Source: a virus. Taken from it: a stretch of DNA of 64,000 bases. The stretch covers positions 66,484 through 130,483 of the IMG/VR virus record IMGVR_UViG_3300037297_000135; one strand, 5' to 3'. Below the pieces are notes generated by a model that was not told the DNA's origin, did no database searches, and was given only the letters and a program-made list of their open reading frames with translations. Of this stretch, positions 1 through 10,148 are shown one piece after another. Both the position numbers and the translations under genes were made by a program. Every line of letters begins with the position of its first letter. The stretch's first letter is position 1.

Positions 1-118
1 TAAAAAATATAAAGAATATAAACAAAAAGTAAAAAATATGTATTTGTATTCAAATTTGAAGTTATGTAAACTAAATGTTATAATATTTATATAATATTTT
101 AATAGGGGAGTTACAAAT

Positions 119-574
119 ATGAATAATTTATGTAATGATGTTCAAGTATGTTCATCTAAAATTGTAGAATTTAATTTTATCAATATATATGAAATATCAG
201 GTTATGAAAAGAGTATGCAATTTCAAAATGAAGTAACCTTTAAAACAACTTTAATAAAAGATTCTTTGGTTGAATTGCTTGTCAGCTTAAAGTTAAAAGA
301 CAAACAACCAAGTTCAAAAAATGTAAAAACTGAAACTATTTTTAGAATATTATTATTATCTAAATTTAATATTGATAAAAGTAAATTTGAAAAAGTTTCA
401 AATGATGATAATAATGTAAAGATTGATGAAGATGTTTTGAAGAAAATGTTGAATATGTCTTTAACTTTAATTTCAGCAAAACTATCAATTTTATCTTCTT
501 TAATGAATTTTGGTAGTTTGCAAATACCTGTGATATTAGATGCAGATAAAATAATGGTAAATCATAATGAATGA
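119..574 (+). CDS. hypothetical protein
   Basis: 151-aa ORF with GGGGAG RBS; stop overlaps the recU start. Confidence 0.55.
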   Translation: MNNLCNDVQVCSSKIVEFNFINIYEISGYEKSMQFQNEVTFKTTLIKDSLVELLVSLKLKDKQPSSKNVKTETIFRILLLSKFNIDKSKFEKVSNDDNNVKIDEDVLKKMLNMSLTLISAKLSILSSLMNFGSLQIPVILDADKIMVNHNE

Positions 575-1064
575 TGGGAAAAGATTTGAAAACGATATAA
601 AAAAATCTATTGGAGATTTGTGTTTTTATCAAAGAATATATGACCAACCTTTTGATTTTTCATCAACTAAAACAAGATTCACCAAACAAAACCCATTTGA
701 TTGTTTTGTTTTTGCAAAAAGAATTTTGTTTTTATTTGAGTTAAAATCAACAAAACAGAAATCAATATCAGTTCAAAGAACTAAAAAAAATAGTGGAAAT
801 ATAAAACTTCATCAAATAGAAGCATTATCAAAAGCTTTTCGTTTTAAATTTATTGTTCCAGGATTTTTAATTAATTTTAGACTTGAAGAAAATTTTTGTT
901 ATTTTCTTCGAATAGATAAATTTTTAAAAATTTTAAGTTTTACAAGTAAAAAAAGTATTAATATTAATGAAGTTAAACAATATGGGAATGAAATAAAAAA
1001 TCGTAAATTAAAAACAAATTATAGATATGATTTGCATAATTTTTTTGCACTTTATTCATTTTAG
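567..1064 (+). CDS. recU: RecU-like Holliday junction resolvase
   Basis: N-terminal GKRFE, PFDCF and FELKST (PD-(D/E)xK) motifs typical of RecU. Confidence 0.75.
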   Translation: MNDGKRFENDIKKSIGDLCFYQRIYDQPFDFSSTKTRFTKQNPFDCFVFAKRILFLFELKSTKQKSISVQRTKKNSGNIKLHQIEALSKAFRFKFIVPGFLINFRLEENFCYFLRIDKFLKILSFTSKKSININEVKQYGNEIKNRKLKTNYRYDLHNFFALYSF

Positions 1065-1083
1065 TTAATTTTTTACAAGCAGA

Positions 1084-1213
1084 TTGCTTTTTGATATAAA
1101 AAGCGATTTGCTTTTTGATATAAAAAAGAGTTTGCTTTTTGATATAAAAAGCGATTTGCTTTTTGATATAAAAAAGAGTTTGCTTTTTGATATAAAAAAG
1201 AGTTTGCTTTTTT
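1084..1213. repeat. tandem array of 5 full + 1 partial 24-bp units, each with dyad symmetry
   Basis: Units TTGCTTTTTGATATAAAAAGCGAT / TTGCTTTTTGATATAAAAAAGAGT start at 1084, 1108, 1132, 1156, 1180, partial at 1204; core GCTTTTT-GATAT-AAAAAGC. Confidence 0.95.
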
Positions 1214-1284
1214 GGTTAACATAATATATAATTATTATTACATTATTAAATTAATATTATTTTTATATTAATAGGGAGGATTAT

Positions 1285-3402
1285 ATGTTACACTTTCATA
1301 CTGGAAAATATAAAGTAAATCCTTACGAAAAAGCTGTTGAAATTAATTTTTATAAATATGATGTTGAACAGGTTAAAGCTGAAGTTATTCATAATATTTT
1401 ATTAATTGATTTGAGTTGGTCAATTACATATGAATTGCATAAAATGAAAGAATCGTTAAAACAAATACTTAAAAAACTTAAAGGATATGTTTCAATTATT
1501 TGTTATGCTGGACATGGTCAATCATATATTCTTTTTGAATCAGTTGAATGCAATAAAACCTCATACAAAATGAATAGTGTATATGAAAAGATTGAACATA
1601 TGGAAACTATTGGTTTAACTGTAATGTCTGAACCACTTCGGAAATCGCTTGAAATTCAAAACAAACTAAATAAAATAGTTGATATGACTAATGTGATTTT
1701 GTTCACTGATGGTTGTATTGTAACATATGATATTGCAAAGGAAGAAAAAAATTGTTTTGATATAGTTGATACATTAAACAAAACCAGTTGTATTGTTTCT
1801 ACAATTGGATTTGGTCAATATTACGATAAAACATTTCTAAAAAGAATTTCAAAACAAGGATATAATTGTCATATAGATGACATAAAAGAGTATAAAGAGG
1901 TTGTAAACAATATCATAAACAACTCAAAATACAAAACCAAAAGCAAAATTTTAAAATCAGAAAATATAAAAATGATGAATTTAACAACTGGTGAATGCGG
2001 ATATTCATTAAATGTTTATCCTCAAAATATTGTTGCTGTTATTTCAGATACTTTAGATTTTGAATGTGAAATTAAATTACAGAAAAAGATACCAGATGAA
2101 GTAGATAACTTTTATTATGTATTAGCTAAAGAATATCTTACAAATGATGAAATCGATTTTTATGAAAGCATTGTTCGTACAAAATTAGGTGATATTGCTT
2201 TGTTCAAAAAAACTAAAGATTCATATAGTTTTATTGAAAAAGGCAATGCATTAAAACTTGTAAACGAATGTATTCAAAATGAAAAATCAAGGTTTAAAGA
2301 TGGTAGGAAATTCATAATTGAAGATGATAATGAAAATGATTTTTCTGTGCTTGATGTTATATCAAGTATAATGCAAGATAAAGAATCAAAATTATATTGG
2401 AATAGAAACACAGAATATCATCGTATTGGATTAAAAACAAATAAAAAAGATGATGGTTTAGAATTTATAAAGAATCCAAATAAAGAATTGTTTCCAATTA
2501 TAGATTGTGCTATATCAGATTCAAAATTAAATATTAACGTTAAAGTAAAATATGATGGAAAAGTTGTAAATTCAAAAAAAAGTTTGAATGGAAATGCAAA
2601 TATATTTAGACAATATAATTTGATAAATAATGGGAACTTAAATGTAAGATATTTATATACTGAGTTATCAGATGAATTATATAAAAAGTTAAAAGAAAAT
2701 AGAATTAAAGTAATAATATATAATATTGAAGCTGAAATCCCAGTATATAGAATTGATTTTGATGGATTGAAAACAGCAAATAAAAGAATATTGAATTCAT
2801 TATCTAGAGATGAATTAATTAATTCAATGTTAAAAGTTAAAGAATTAAAATGTCAACAAAATATATTAAATAAAGAAATAAAAGATTTGCTAGGTGTTGA
2901 TGATAAATTAGAATACGTTGAATCTATGAGTGAGATTGAAAAACAAATCAGAAGAGAACTAAGCATTGATGAAAATGGAACATTCAGAATGGATGTAGAG
3001 AAAAGTGATGAAGAGTATGAAGTATATAAAGCTACACATTTAGAATGGTCTGTAAAGATTAATGAAAAAGATTGTAAAGAAAGATATAAAAATGATGTTG
3101 AAAAAGCAATGGGGAATTTTGATAAAAAAGTAAAGATTAATTTATTAATCAAATTTAGAGAACAAATAAGAAAACAAATAAGACAAAACCAATTTAAAAT
3201 TAATTGTATAAGAATAGCATCAGCAATGATGAATAGACCAATATTTGCTTTTGATGCTGTAAATGAAAAATATAAAAAATCAATTTGCAAAATAACAAAT
3301 AGAAATATGATTGTTGGTGAAAAGGTTGAAATAGCTACAAAAATATTTGATAATACAATTTTTACTCAAAAAAAATGGAATCAATTATTAAAATGTAACT
3401 AA
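1285..3402 (+). CDS. vWA-domain protein (N-terminal vWA, long C-terminal region of unknown function)
   Basis: MIDAS-like LLIDLSWSI (DxSxS), ILFTDG and STIGFG motifs. Confidence 0.7.
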   Translation: MLHFHTGKYKVNPYEKAVEINFYKYDVEQVKAEVIHNILLIDLSWSITYELHKMKESLKQILKKLKGYVSIICYAGHGQSYILFESVECNKTSYKMNSVYEKIEHMETIGLTVMSEPLRKSLEIQNKLNKIVDMTNVILFTDGCIVTYDIAKEEKNCFDIVDTLNKTSCIVSTIGFGQYYDKTFLKRISKQGYNCHIDDIKEYKEVVNNIINNSKYKTKSKILKSENIKMMNLTTGECGYSLNVYPQNIVAVISDTLDFECEIKLQKKIPDEVDNFYYVLAKEYLTNDEIDFYESIVRTKLGDIALFKKTKDSYSFIEKGNALKLVNECIQNEKSRFKDGRKFIIEDDNENDFSVLDVISSIMQDKESKLYWNRNTEYHRIGLKTNKKDDGLEFIKNPNKELFPIIDCAISDSKLNINVKVKYDGKVVNSKKSLNGNANIFRQYNLINNGNLNVRYLYTELSDELYKKLKENRIKVIIYNIEAEIPVYRIDFDGLKTANKRILNSLSRDELINSMLKVKELKCQQNILNKEIKDLLGVDDKLEYVESMSEIEKQIRRELSIDENGTFRMDVEKSDEEYEVYKATHLEWSVKINEKDCKERYKNDVEKAMGNFDKKVKINLLIKFREQIRKQIRQNQFKINCIRIASAMMNRPIFAFDAVNEKYKKSICKITNRNMIVGEKVEIATKIFDNTIFTQKKWNQLLKCN

Positions 3403-3449
3403 TAAATATTTATTTTATTTTAATTAAAAATATAGGGGAGTAACTAAAA

Positions 3450-4364
3450 ATGAATAATATAAAAAATACTAAAAGTACTTTTCAATTAAGAGGTATAATT
3501 TCAGGATTAGAAGGAAACAAAAAGAATTTTGGTTATGAATGCGGAGTATTAGATAAAGGTAATTCTGCTGGCAAAGAATATAATAAAATAAGATTTTATA
3601 TTCAAACAAGTAAAAACAATAAAATTCCTGTTGAACTTTTTGGCATAGTTAAGGAAAAAGTTTGTTTTTATTCAAAACAAAAAAAAGATTCTAAAATGAT
3701 TCCGTGGAACAATCGTCTTACAGCTAAAATTGAAGGTTATGAATATATTATTGCTGAATTTGATTTGATTGAAAAAATCAAAAAAGATTTTAAAGATGGT
3801 AATAGTGTATTTGTAAATGGTGAGTTTCAATTTAGTGAATATGAAGATAATCAAGGGAACAAAAAAAATCAAACCAGGTATTTGATTAAAACAATCTATT
3901 CAACAAAAGAAGATTTGACAAATGATGATTTTGAAAAAAAAGATTTTGAAGAAAAAAACACATTTCAACAAGAAATAATTATAAATTCTGTAGATGAAGT
4001 TGTTGCTGATAAAAAAACATATGTTAATGCTTATGTGCATGATTTTAAAGGAATTCATAATACAACTTTTGTTATAGAGTCTAATAAAGATACTCAAAAA
4101 CTAAAAAATAGTTTTAAAACATTAAGACTTGGTGATTTTATAAAGATTCATGGTGTTATAAATTATCAGGTTGAAAAATACATGAAAAAAGGTGGAGATT
4201 GGGGAGATGAACCAATTATTAATGTAAACAAATCATTAGAAATAAAAGGTGCTGACCCTGCTACGCTTGAAAGAAAGATGTATACTGAAACTGATTTAAT
4301 AGTAAAAAAAGAAAATGTTCCAGATAACTTAGAAGAAGAAAAAAAATTAGGATTTAAATTATAA
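3450..4364 (+). CDS. putative ssDNA-binding/OB-fold replication protein (SPbeta YorF-like position)
   Basis: Beta-rich sequence (VFVNGEFQFSEY), acidic tail, directly upstream of the AAA ATPase; function inferred from synteny. Confidence 0.45.
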   Translation: MNNIKNTKSTFQLRGIISGLEGNKKNFGYECGVLDKGNSAGKEYNKIRFYIQTSKNNKIPVELFGIVKEKVCFYSKQKKDSKMIPWNNRLTAKIEGYEYIIAEFDLIEKIKKDFKDGNSVFVNGEFQFSEYEDNQGNKKNQTRYLIKTIYSTKEDLTNDDFEKKDFEEKNTFQQEIIINSVDEVVADKKTYVNAYVHDFKGIHNTTFVIESNKDTQKLKNSFKTLRLGDFIKIHGVINYQVEKYMKKGGDWGDEPIINVNKSLEIKGADPATLERKMYTETDLIVKKENVPDNLEEEKKLGFKL

Positions 4365-4411
4365 ACAATTATTTATTTTATTTTAATTAAAACATAGGGG
4401 AGTAACTTAAT

Positions 4412-5452
4412 ATGAGTTTAAAAGACTTAAAACCACATGTGGTTTCTACAAACATGGAAGAATATATCCAGATTATTGTTGGTGTGCGTAAAACAGGTAA
4501 AACTACTTTGTTTAAAAATTTGGTAATTGAAAAATATGGTTCTCCAAACGCTGGTTTGTTATTGGCTTTTGAAATGGGATATAAAGCATTAAATGATGTA
4601 GTTCCAATAGATGTAGAAGATTGGAGCCATTTTGAAAATTTAATTGATGAGTTGGTATATAGTAAAGATGAAATGCCATACAAAATCATAGGTATAGATA
4701 CTATTGATGAAATGGTTAATATGGCCGAACAATATACAATTAAATTTTTCAATAGAAAAGCTGATATAGATAAAAGAGCTGCAACAATCAATGAAGCAGG
4801 TGGAGGATATAACAGAGGAAAACAATATGCAATATCAATTTTGCGAAATGCTTTAAACAAACTTCAAAAAGCAGGATATGGAATATTTTTAATTGGACAT
4901 TCAAAAGAGAAAAAGAAAAAGACCACTACAGGTGTTGAATATGTTCAATTAAGTTGTAATCTTACAGATGATTACAACGATGTATTACTTAATTCTGCTG
5001 ACTTCATCACATTTTTAACTACTGAAAAAACAGTTGAAGGCACTGCATTAACCAATGAACAAGTGTTCATGAATTTCAGGGGATATGAATTTGATTGTGG
5101 GTCAAGATTGTACAATGTACCCAAAAGGATTGAGTATGATGTTAAAAAATATATTGAAGTCTTTGAAAGTGCTGTAAAAGAATTAGTCAGTGAAAAAGGT
5201 AAAAATTTTGAAGAAGTTAAAGAACAACAAAAAATAGAAAATAAAGAAAAAGCAAAAAAAGAAATTGAAAAAATAAAAGCTAAAGAAATGTCTGAAATCA
5301 TATTTTTGATTAAAGGGCAAATGAAACAAGGACTTCAAAACAATACACTAACAACTGATGCTATCAATGAATTGTTAGCAAAATATGACCTTAAATCTCC
5401 TGATGATTTGAAAGATAAAAATATTGCTGTTGAAATTTTAAACAGTTTGTGA
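4412..5452 (+). CDS. phage P-loop ATPase (AAA_24/Sak4-like, SPbeta YorG-like)
   Basis: Walker A GVRKTGKTT, Walker B IIGIDTID, FLIGHS motif. Confidence 0.7.
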   Translation: MSLKDLKPHVVSTNMEEYIQIIVGVRKTGKTTLFKNLVIEKYGSPNAGLLLAFEMGYKALNDVVPIDVEDWSHFENLIDELVYSKDEMPYKIIGIDTIDEMVNMAEQYTIKFFNRKADIDKRAATINEAGGGYNRGKQYAISILRNALNKLQKAGYGIFLIGHSKEKKKKTTTGVEYVQLSCNLTDDYNDVLLNSADFITFLTTEKTVEGTALTNEQVFMNFRGYEFDCGSRLYNVPKRIEYDVKKYIEVFESAVKELVSEKGKNFEEVKEQQKIENKEKAKKEIEKIKAKEMSEIIFLIKGQMKQGLQNNTLTTDAINELLAKYDLKSPDDLKDKNIAVEILNSL

Positions 5453-5585
5453 TTTGATTTTGAACAAAAAAAATGTATCTGTTGAGTAGTTGAAATGTGA
5501 TTTTATATATAACAGAAAAACACTTTTTAAATGGTTATCTAATTAATAGAGTTTTTTATATGATTTTATATGTAAATATTTTAAG

Positions 5586-5667
5586 ATTACAGTATGAAAG
5601 CAAAAAAAATATTGCTCATTACCTCCCAGTATTTGATATTGATATTGTAAAACTTTCATACTGTAAT
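5586..5667. repeat. 15-bp perfect inverted repeat in intergenic gap
   Basis: ATTACAGTATGAAAG (5586-5600) and CTTTCATACTGTAAT (5653-5667). Confidence 0.85.
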
Positions 5668-5756
5668 TAAATTTTATTACAGCATCATAATATTTTACAA
5701 ATATACTAATTTCACAATTCATTTAAGCATATTTGTGAAGAAAGGAGATATTTTTT

Positions 5757-6161
5757 ATGTGGATAGAAACAAAAAAAATTTTTTATGATTTGATTGAAAA
5801 ACATTTTGGACAAAATATTAATTTAATACAAAATTATTCAATTTCAAATATAAAAAAAACTATATTGGCTGAACAAAGAATATTAACAAATAAAGGGCAA
5901 CAAATACAAATAACTGCAAATGCTAGATTAAATTTAGAAGTAAAAAATAATTTAGATAATACAATAAAAACAATTGAAAAAATATTTATTAATCAAGAAT
6001 ATGAATATGGAAGATATAAAATTGGAACAAATATTTCAAATATAAGAGAATATAATGATTTAAATGGGAAAGAACCTGTTAATATTTGTATTAATATAGA
6101 TATTGAATATAGAAAAAACACAATGATTGAAGATGAAAAAAATGAAAAAAACAATACATAA
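5757..6161 (+). CDS. hypothetical protein
   Basis: 134-aa ORF with AAGGAG RBS. Confidence 0.45.
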   Translation: MWIETKKIFYDLIEKHFGQNINLIQNYSISNIKKTILAEQRILTNKGQQIQITANARLNLEVKNNLDNTIKTIEKIFINQEYEYGRYKIGTNISNIREYNDLNGKEPVNICINIDIEYRKNTMIEDEKNEKNNT

Positions 6162-6630
6162 ATATAAATGCAAAATTTGTAAATCATTGATTGAGCCAAA
6201 TGATTTGTTTGTAGTCAATCATATAACAAAAAGCGGAAACAAATCAATTCAAAGGTTTCATGAGGATTGTTATAAAAAGCAACAAATAAATAAAAAAGAA
6301 AAAGACAAATTTTACAAATACATAGAAGACAATTTTTTTAATATTTGTATACCGACATTGTTTTTTGCTGATATATCAAAAATCAAAGGGAATTGTAGCT
6401 ACAATGATATATTAGATTGTTGTATAGATATTGATTTAATAGGCATTATAAGCAAAAAAGATTTTAAAAATGATAGAGTGAAAACAAAATATATAATTGA
6501 AGTAATAAAAAGCAATATAAATAAATATATGGATAAAAAAATGAAAATGGATATGGAATACTATATTTCACATAATTTTTTAGATAGAAGCAAATATAAA
6601 TATAAAACTTCTATGGATTTGAATATATAA
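6127..6630 (+). CDS. CxxC-containing protein, possible helicase loader/partner (YorH-like position)
   Basis: CKIC near the N-terminus plus FHEDC; lies between the ATPase and the helicase. Confidence 0.4.
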   Translation: MKMKKMKKTIHKYKCKICKSLIEPNDLFVVNHITKSGNKSIQRFHEDCYKKQQINKKEKDKFYKYIEDNFFNICIPTLFFADISKIKGNCSYNDILDCCIDIDLIGIISKKDFKNDRVKTKYIIEVIKSNINKYMDKKMKMDMEYYISHNFLDRSKYKYKTSMDLNI

Positions 6631-6646
6631 ATTAGGGGATAACAAA

Positions 6647-6967
6647 ATGATTTTTAATTTTATTTTAATTATTTTTGCTCATTATATTTTAGACTATCCA
6701 TTACAAAGCGATTATTTAGCAATAACTAAAGGTAAAGATTGGTATAGTTTATTAGCACATAGTTTGATATATGCATTAGGTATTTCGTTATGTTTATATT
6801 ATATAGAATGTTTTGAAATATGGAAGTGTTTTATATTAATAATTAGTCATTATATTATTGATTATAAAAAATCACATGCAATAGATAAAAAAAAATCAAA
6901 TACAATATATTTATATATAGACCAAATATTACATATATGTATAAATATAATTTTAATTTTTATATAA
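6647..6967 (+). CDS. DUF3307-like small membrane protein
   Basis: AHYILDYPLQ, AHSLIY, SHYIID, DQILH motifs in hydrophobic helices. Confidence 0.65.
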   Translation: MIFNFILIIFAHYILDYPLQSDYLAITKGKDWYSLLAHSLIYALGISLCLYYIECFEIWKCFILIISHYIIDYKKSHAIDKKKSNTIYLYIDQILHICINIILIFI

Positions 6968-6981
6968 ATTAGGGGATAACA

Positions 6982-8409
6982 ATGTTAAAAGATGTAGCTA
7001 ATGAAGGAATCATAATTGGGTTTATATATAGATTCCCTGAATTGTTAAATGAATATATGGAATTAATAATACCTAAATTTGATTTCACAAATCAAGAGGT
7101 TTATTTTTTATATAAAATTTTAATGGAATCATATATTGAATATGGACATTTAGATAAAACAAGTATAAGTATTTATATTTCAACATTGGATGATGAAAAC
7201 AAAGCATTATGGAAACAAGTTAAAGGATTTGAAACTTTAAACAAACTTGCTGAAATTTCAAAATCCATTGAAACATTTGAAATAGCGTATAAAAAACTGA
7301 AAGTTTTTAATGTTTTAAGGCATTTAGACAAACAAGGATTCAATGTTAAAGATAACCTGGATAAATTCAAAAATAAAGATGCTGATTTCATAATTAAATT
7401 TTATGAAAATCAATTAGTTAAATCTGTTAACTATGTAAAAAATATAAATGATTCTGAGCTTTTGGGAAAAGATATTTTAAAAACATATGAAAAACTTAAA
7501 GAAACACCTGAAATTGGTATTACAATTCCATTCCCTATTATTGATTCAATAACTCGTGGATGGAGAAAAAACACTATATATGCTCATGCAATGCATAGTG
7601 GATATGGTAAAAGTAGATTGATTTCAAATATACTTTCAAACATATCAATTTTCAATCAAATACCTGTTTTATTTTGTGTGAATGAACAAAACAAAATGGA
7701 AATTGAATTAATGATACTTACGTGTGTTGCTAACAATATGTTCGCTAAAGAACATGGAATTTTAATAAATGAAAGTGATATAGCATTAGGGAATTTGAAA
7801 GATAAAGCAGATGAAATCATGATAAAAGCTGCTAAATATATAGAAAAAAATACAAAATTGTATTTTTATGAAATGCAAATATGGGATTTAAATTCAATCA
7901 AAATGATACTTAAACGAAACAAATTCAAAGGTATAGATTATGCTGTAATAGACACTTTTAAAGCAATGAGAGGGATATACAACAATGGTATGAGTGATTG
8001 GATGCAGTTTGTTCATACTGCTGAAAAACTTAAAGAAATTATAGGTTCAGAAAAAAAAGGTGGTTTAGATATGGGTTTATGGATAACCCTTCAAATGACA
8101 GATGATTCATTGATTTCAAAATTGATGAACAGCACAAGTTTAGCAACTGGCAAACAAGTTAAACATCATTTGGATTATTTGATGTTATTCAGACCTATTA
8201 CAAAATCAGAAAAAGATAAAATAAAAGTTATGATATCAATGCCCAATAATGCATTTAATGGTACTGAAATGGAACTTAAAAAAGACAAACAATATTATCT
8301 TGGTGTGGTTGATAAAAACAGAGGTGGAAGAGATAAGCAACAAATTATATATGAAGTTGATAAAGGTTCTATGATTTTTAAAGAACTTGGATATGCAATA
8401 AATAATTAA
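6982..8409 (+). CDS. dnaB: DnaB-like replicative helicase
   Basis: Walker A HSGYGKS, AVIDT, LQM, DKNRGG motifs. Confidence 0.85.
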   Translation: MLKDVANEGIIIGFIYRFPELLNEYMELIIPKFDFTNQEVYFLYKILMESYIEYGHLDKTSISIYISTLDDENKALWKQVKGFETLNKLAEISKSIETFEIAYKKLKVFNVLRHLDKQGFNVKDNLDKFKNKDADFIIKFYENQLVKSVNYVKNINDSELLGKDILKTYEKLKETPEIGITIPFPIIDSITRGWRKNTIYAHAMHSGYGKSRLISNILSNISIFNQIPVLFCVNEQNKMEIELMILTCVANNMFAKEHGILINESDIALGNLKDKADEIMIKAAKYIEKNTKLYFYEMQIWDLNSIKMILKRNKFKGIDYAVIDTFKAMRGIYNNGMSDWMQFVHTAEKLKEIIGSEKKGGLDMGLWITLQMTDDSLISKLMNSTSLATGKQVKHHLDYLMLFRPITKSEKDKIKVMISMPNNAFNGTEMELKKDKQYYLGVVDKNRGGRDKQQIIYEVDKGSMIFKELGYAINN

Positions 8410-8420
8410 AGGAGGATTGT

Positions 8421-9428
8421 ATGTCTGGTTTAGATTTAAAAACATATATAAATGATAATCATATATATAAAATTTTAAAACATTTAGAATGTAATGATAT
8501 AAAAGAACATCCTAAATATTTTTCATGCAGCAATCCTGATGGAGATAACCAAAATGCAATAATAGTATATAAAAATACATTAAATGTTGAAAATTATACA
8601 AGACCTGAATTTAATGATTATTATATTAAAGATATAATCTCTTTAGTTGAATTTATATTAGATATAAATTATTACAAAGCAATTAAAATTATTTGTGAAA
8701 TATGTGGTTTTGATTATTATAATCTTGGGAATTCAAATAGTTCATTGCTAACTATAATCAAAAATATAGAAACAAATAATTTTGAAACTGAAGAAAAATT
8801 CATTGAATTAAATGAAAATATTTTAGATATATATGAAAAAACTCCTACAAAAAAATGGATTGATAGTCAAATAAATTATGAAGCACATGAAAAATTCAAT
8901 ATACGTTTTGATTTGTTTTCTGAAAGAATAATTATTCCTATTTACGATGAAATTGGGAATCTAATAGGAATCAAAGGCAGGTCTTTAAATGATAATGAAG
9001 ATAACAAATATGTGTATTTATATGAATGTCCAAAAAGCAAAATACTTTATGGACTGTATCAAAATTATCATAACATAAAAGCTCAAAACCATGTGATTAT
9101 AGTTGAAGGTGAAAAATCGGTAATCAAATTATATGGTTTTGGATATCGAAATGTTATAGCAATTGGTGGAAAATATCCTTCAAAACATCAAATCGAAAAG
9201 ATATTGAGATTAGGAGTTAAAAATATAACACTTGCTTTAGATAAAGATGTAAGCAATAAAGAAATTAAAAATATATGTAAAAAATTTGATATAGGCTTGG
9301 AATTTTTAAACATTGAATATTTGTATGATACTTATAACTTCATGAATAAAAAAGATTCACCATCAGATGATATAAATATATTCAAATTACTATTAGATAA
9401 ATTCAGGTATAAATATGTATCTATATAA
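8421..9428 (+). CDS. dnaG: DNA primase (TOPRIM)
   Basis: RIIIPI, IGIKGR, KY, VEGEKS and LALDKD motifs. Confidence 0.85.
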   Translation: MSGLDLKTYINDNHIYKILKHLECNDIKEHPKYFSCSNPDGDNQNAIIVYKNTLNVENYTRPEFNDYYIKDIISLVEFILDINYYKAIKIICEICGFDYYNLGNSNSSLLTIIKNIETNNFETEEKFIELNENILDIYEKTPTKKWIDSQINYEAHEKFNIRFDLFSERIIIPIYDEIGNLIGIKGRSLNDNEDNKYVYLYECPKSKILYGLYQNYHNIKAQNHVIIVEGEKSVIKLYGFGYRNVIAIGGKYPSKHQIEKILRLGVKNITLALDKDVSNKEIKNICKKFDIGLEFLNIEYLYDTYNFMNKKDSPSDDINIFKLLLDKFRYKYVSI

Positions 9429-9690
9429 ATTTTTAGGAACCAAAGATGAAGTTTTATATATTGGGAAAACGAATAATTTGAAACATAGGTTCAACAGTCA
9501 CAAACAAGATAAATATTGGTGGAATGAAATAAAAAAGATTGAATTCACTCAAATAAATAATTTTTTAGTAGACATATATGAAAGATTTTATATAAACTAT
9601 TATAAAGCTAAATACAATGTAAAAGATTCAAATATGAAATATAAAGAATTTAATTTAAAACTTTTAAAATGGAGTGAATTTAATGATTAA
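9415..9690 (+). CDS. small GIY-YIG nuclease
   Basis: YLY...LYIGKT...R...H...E motif. Confidence 0.75.
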   Translation: MYLYKFLGTKDEVLYIGKTNNLKHRFNSHKQDKYWWNEIKKIEFTQINNFLVDIYERFYINYYKAKYNVKDSNMKYKEFNLKLLKWSEFND

Positions 9691-9952
9691 AAATTTAATG
9701 TGTTTGATTTTTATATTGGGCATTTGTTATTTTTTTCAAACTCAGTTTGAATATGCATATTTGATTGAAATTGGTTTGATTTTGATTTTGACTTATTTTT
9801 ACGTAGATTCAATAAACAAAGAAAAAAAATCAATTAAAAAAGTTTTTGAATGTTTTAAAGAACTTTATGAAGGTGTTGAAGGTTTTGAAAAATCTGAAAA
9901 AAACAAAGAAAAACTTTTAAAAATATATAAAAATATAAAAGAAAAAATATAA
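9674..9952 (+). CDS. hypothetical membrane protein
   Basis: Two hydrophobic N-terminal segments. Confidence 0.45.
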   Translation: MNLMIKNLMCLIFILGICYFFQTQFEYAYLIEIGLILILTYFYVDSINKEKKSIKKVFECFKELYEGVEGFEKSEKNKEKLLKIYKNIKEKI

Positions 9953-9956
9953 ATTA

Positions 9957-10123
9957 TGGTACATAGTTTATCTGGTTAAAACAGTTCAACCTCTATTTAA
10001 TTGACGAATTAAAAAATGTTGAAAAGAAGTGAGAAAGTAAATTATAAATAACAAAATTAAATTAACGTGATTTGGATTGAATTATTTATTGAATTTACGA
10101 TGTTCAAGTCCTCACTGTGCCAT
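9957..10123 (+). other. tRNA-like scaffold with a 99-nt insertion replacing the anticodon loop
   Basis: Acceptor TGGTACA/TGTGCCA, D stem GTTT/AAAC with GG loop, stem GTTCAA/TTGAAT, T loop TTCAAGT with degenerate T stem. Confidence 0.6.
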
Positions 10124-10148
10124 TTTGTTTGAATAGGGGAGATTTAAA

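Noticed and set aside
1084-1213. CRISPR array
   Set aside because: Units are contiguous with no unique spacers; no cas genes in the window.
1285-3402. Ro60/TROVE partner for the Y-RNA-like element
   Set aside because: The vWA domain is N-terminal; Ro60 has an N-terminal TROVE ring and a C-terminal vWA.
2853-5301. Antisense ORFs in the track (e.g. 2853..3290, 4387..4860, 4972..5301 and similar elsewhere)
   Set aside because: Shadow frames opposite well-supported genes, Phe/Ile/Leu-rich as expected for antisense AT-rich DNA.
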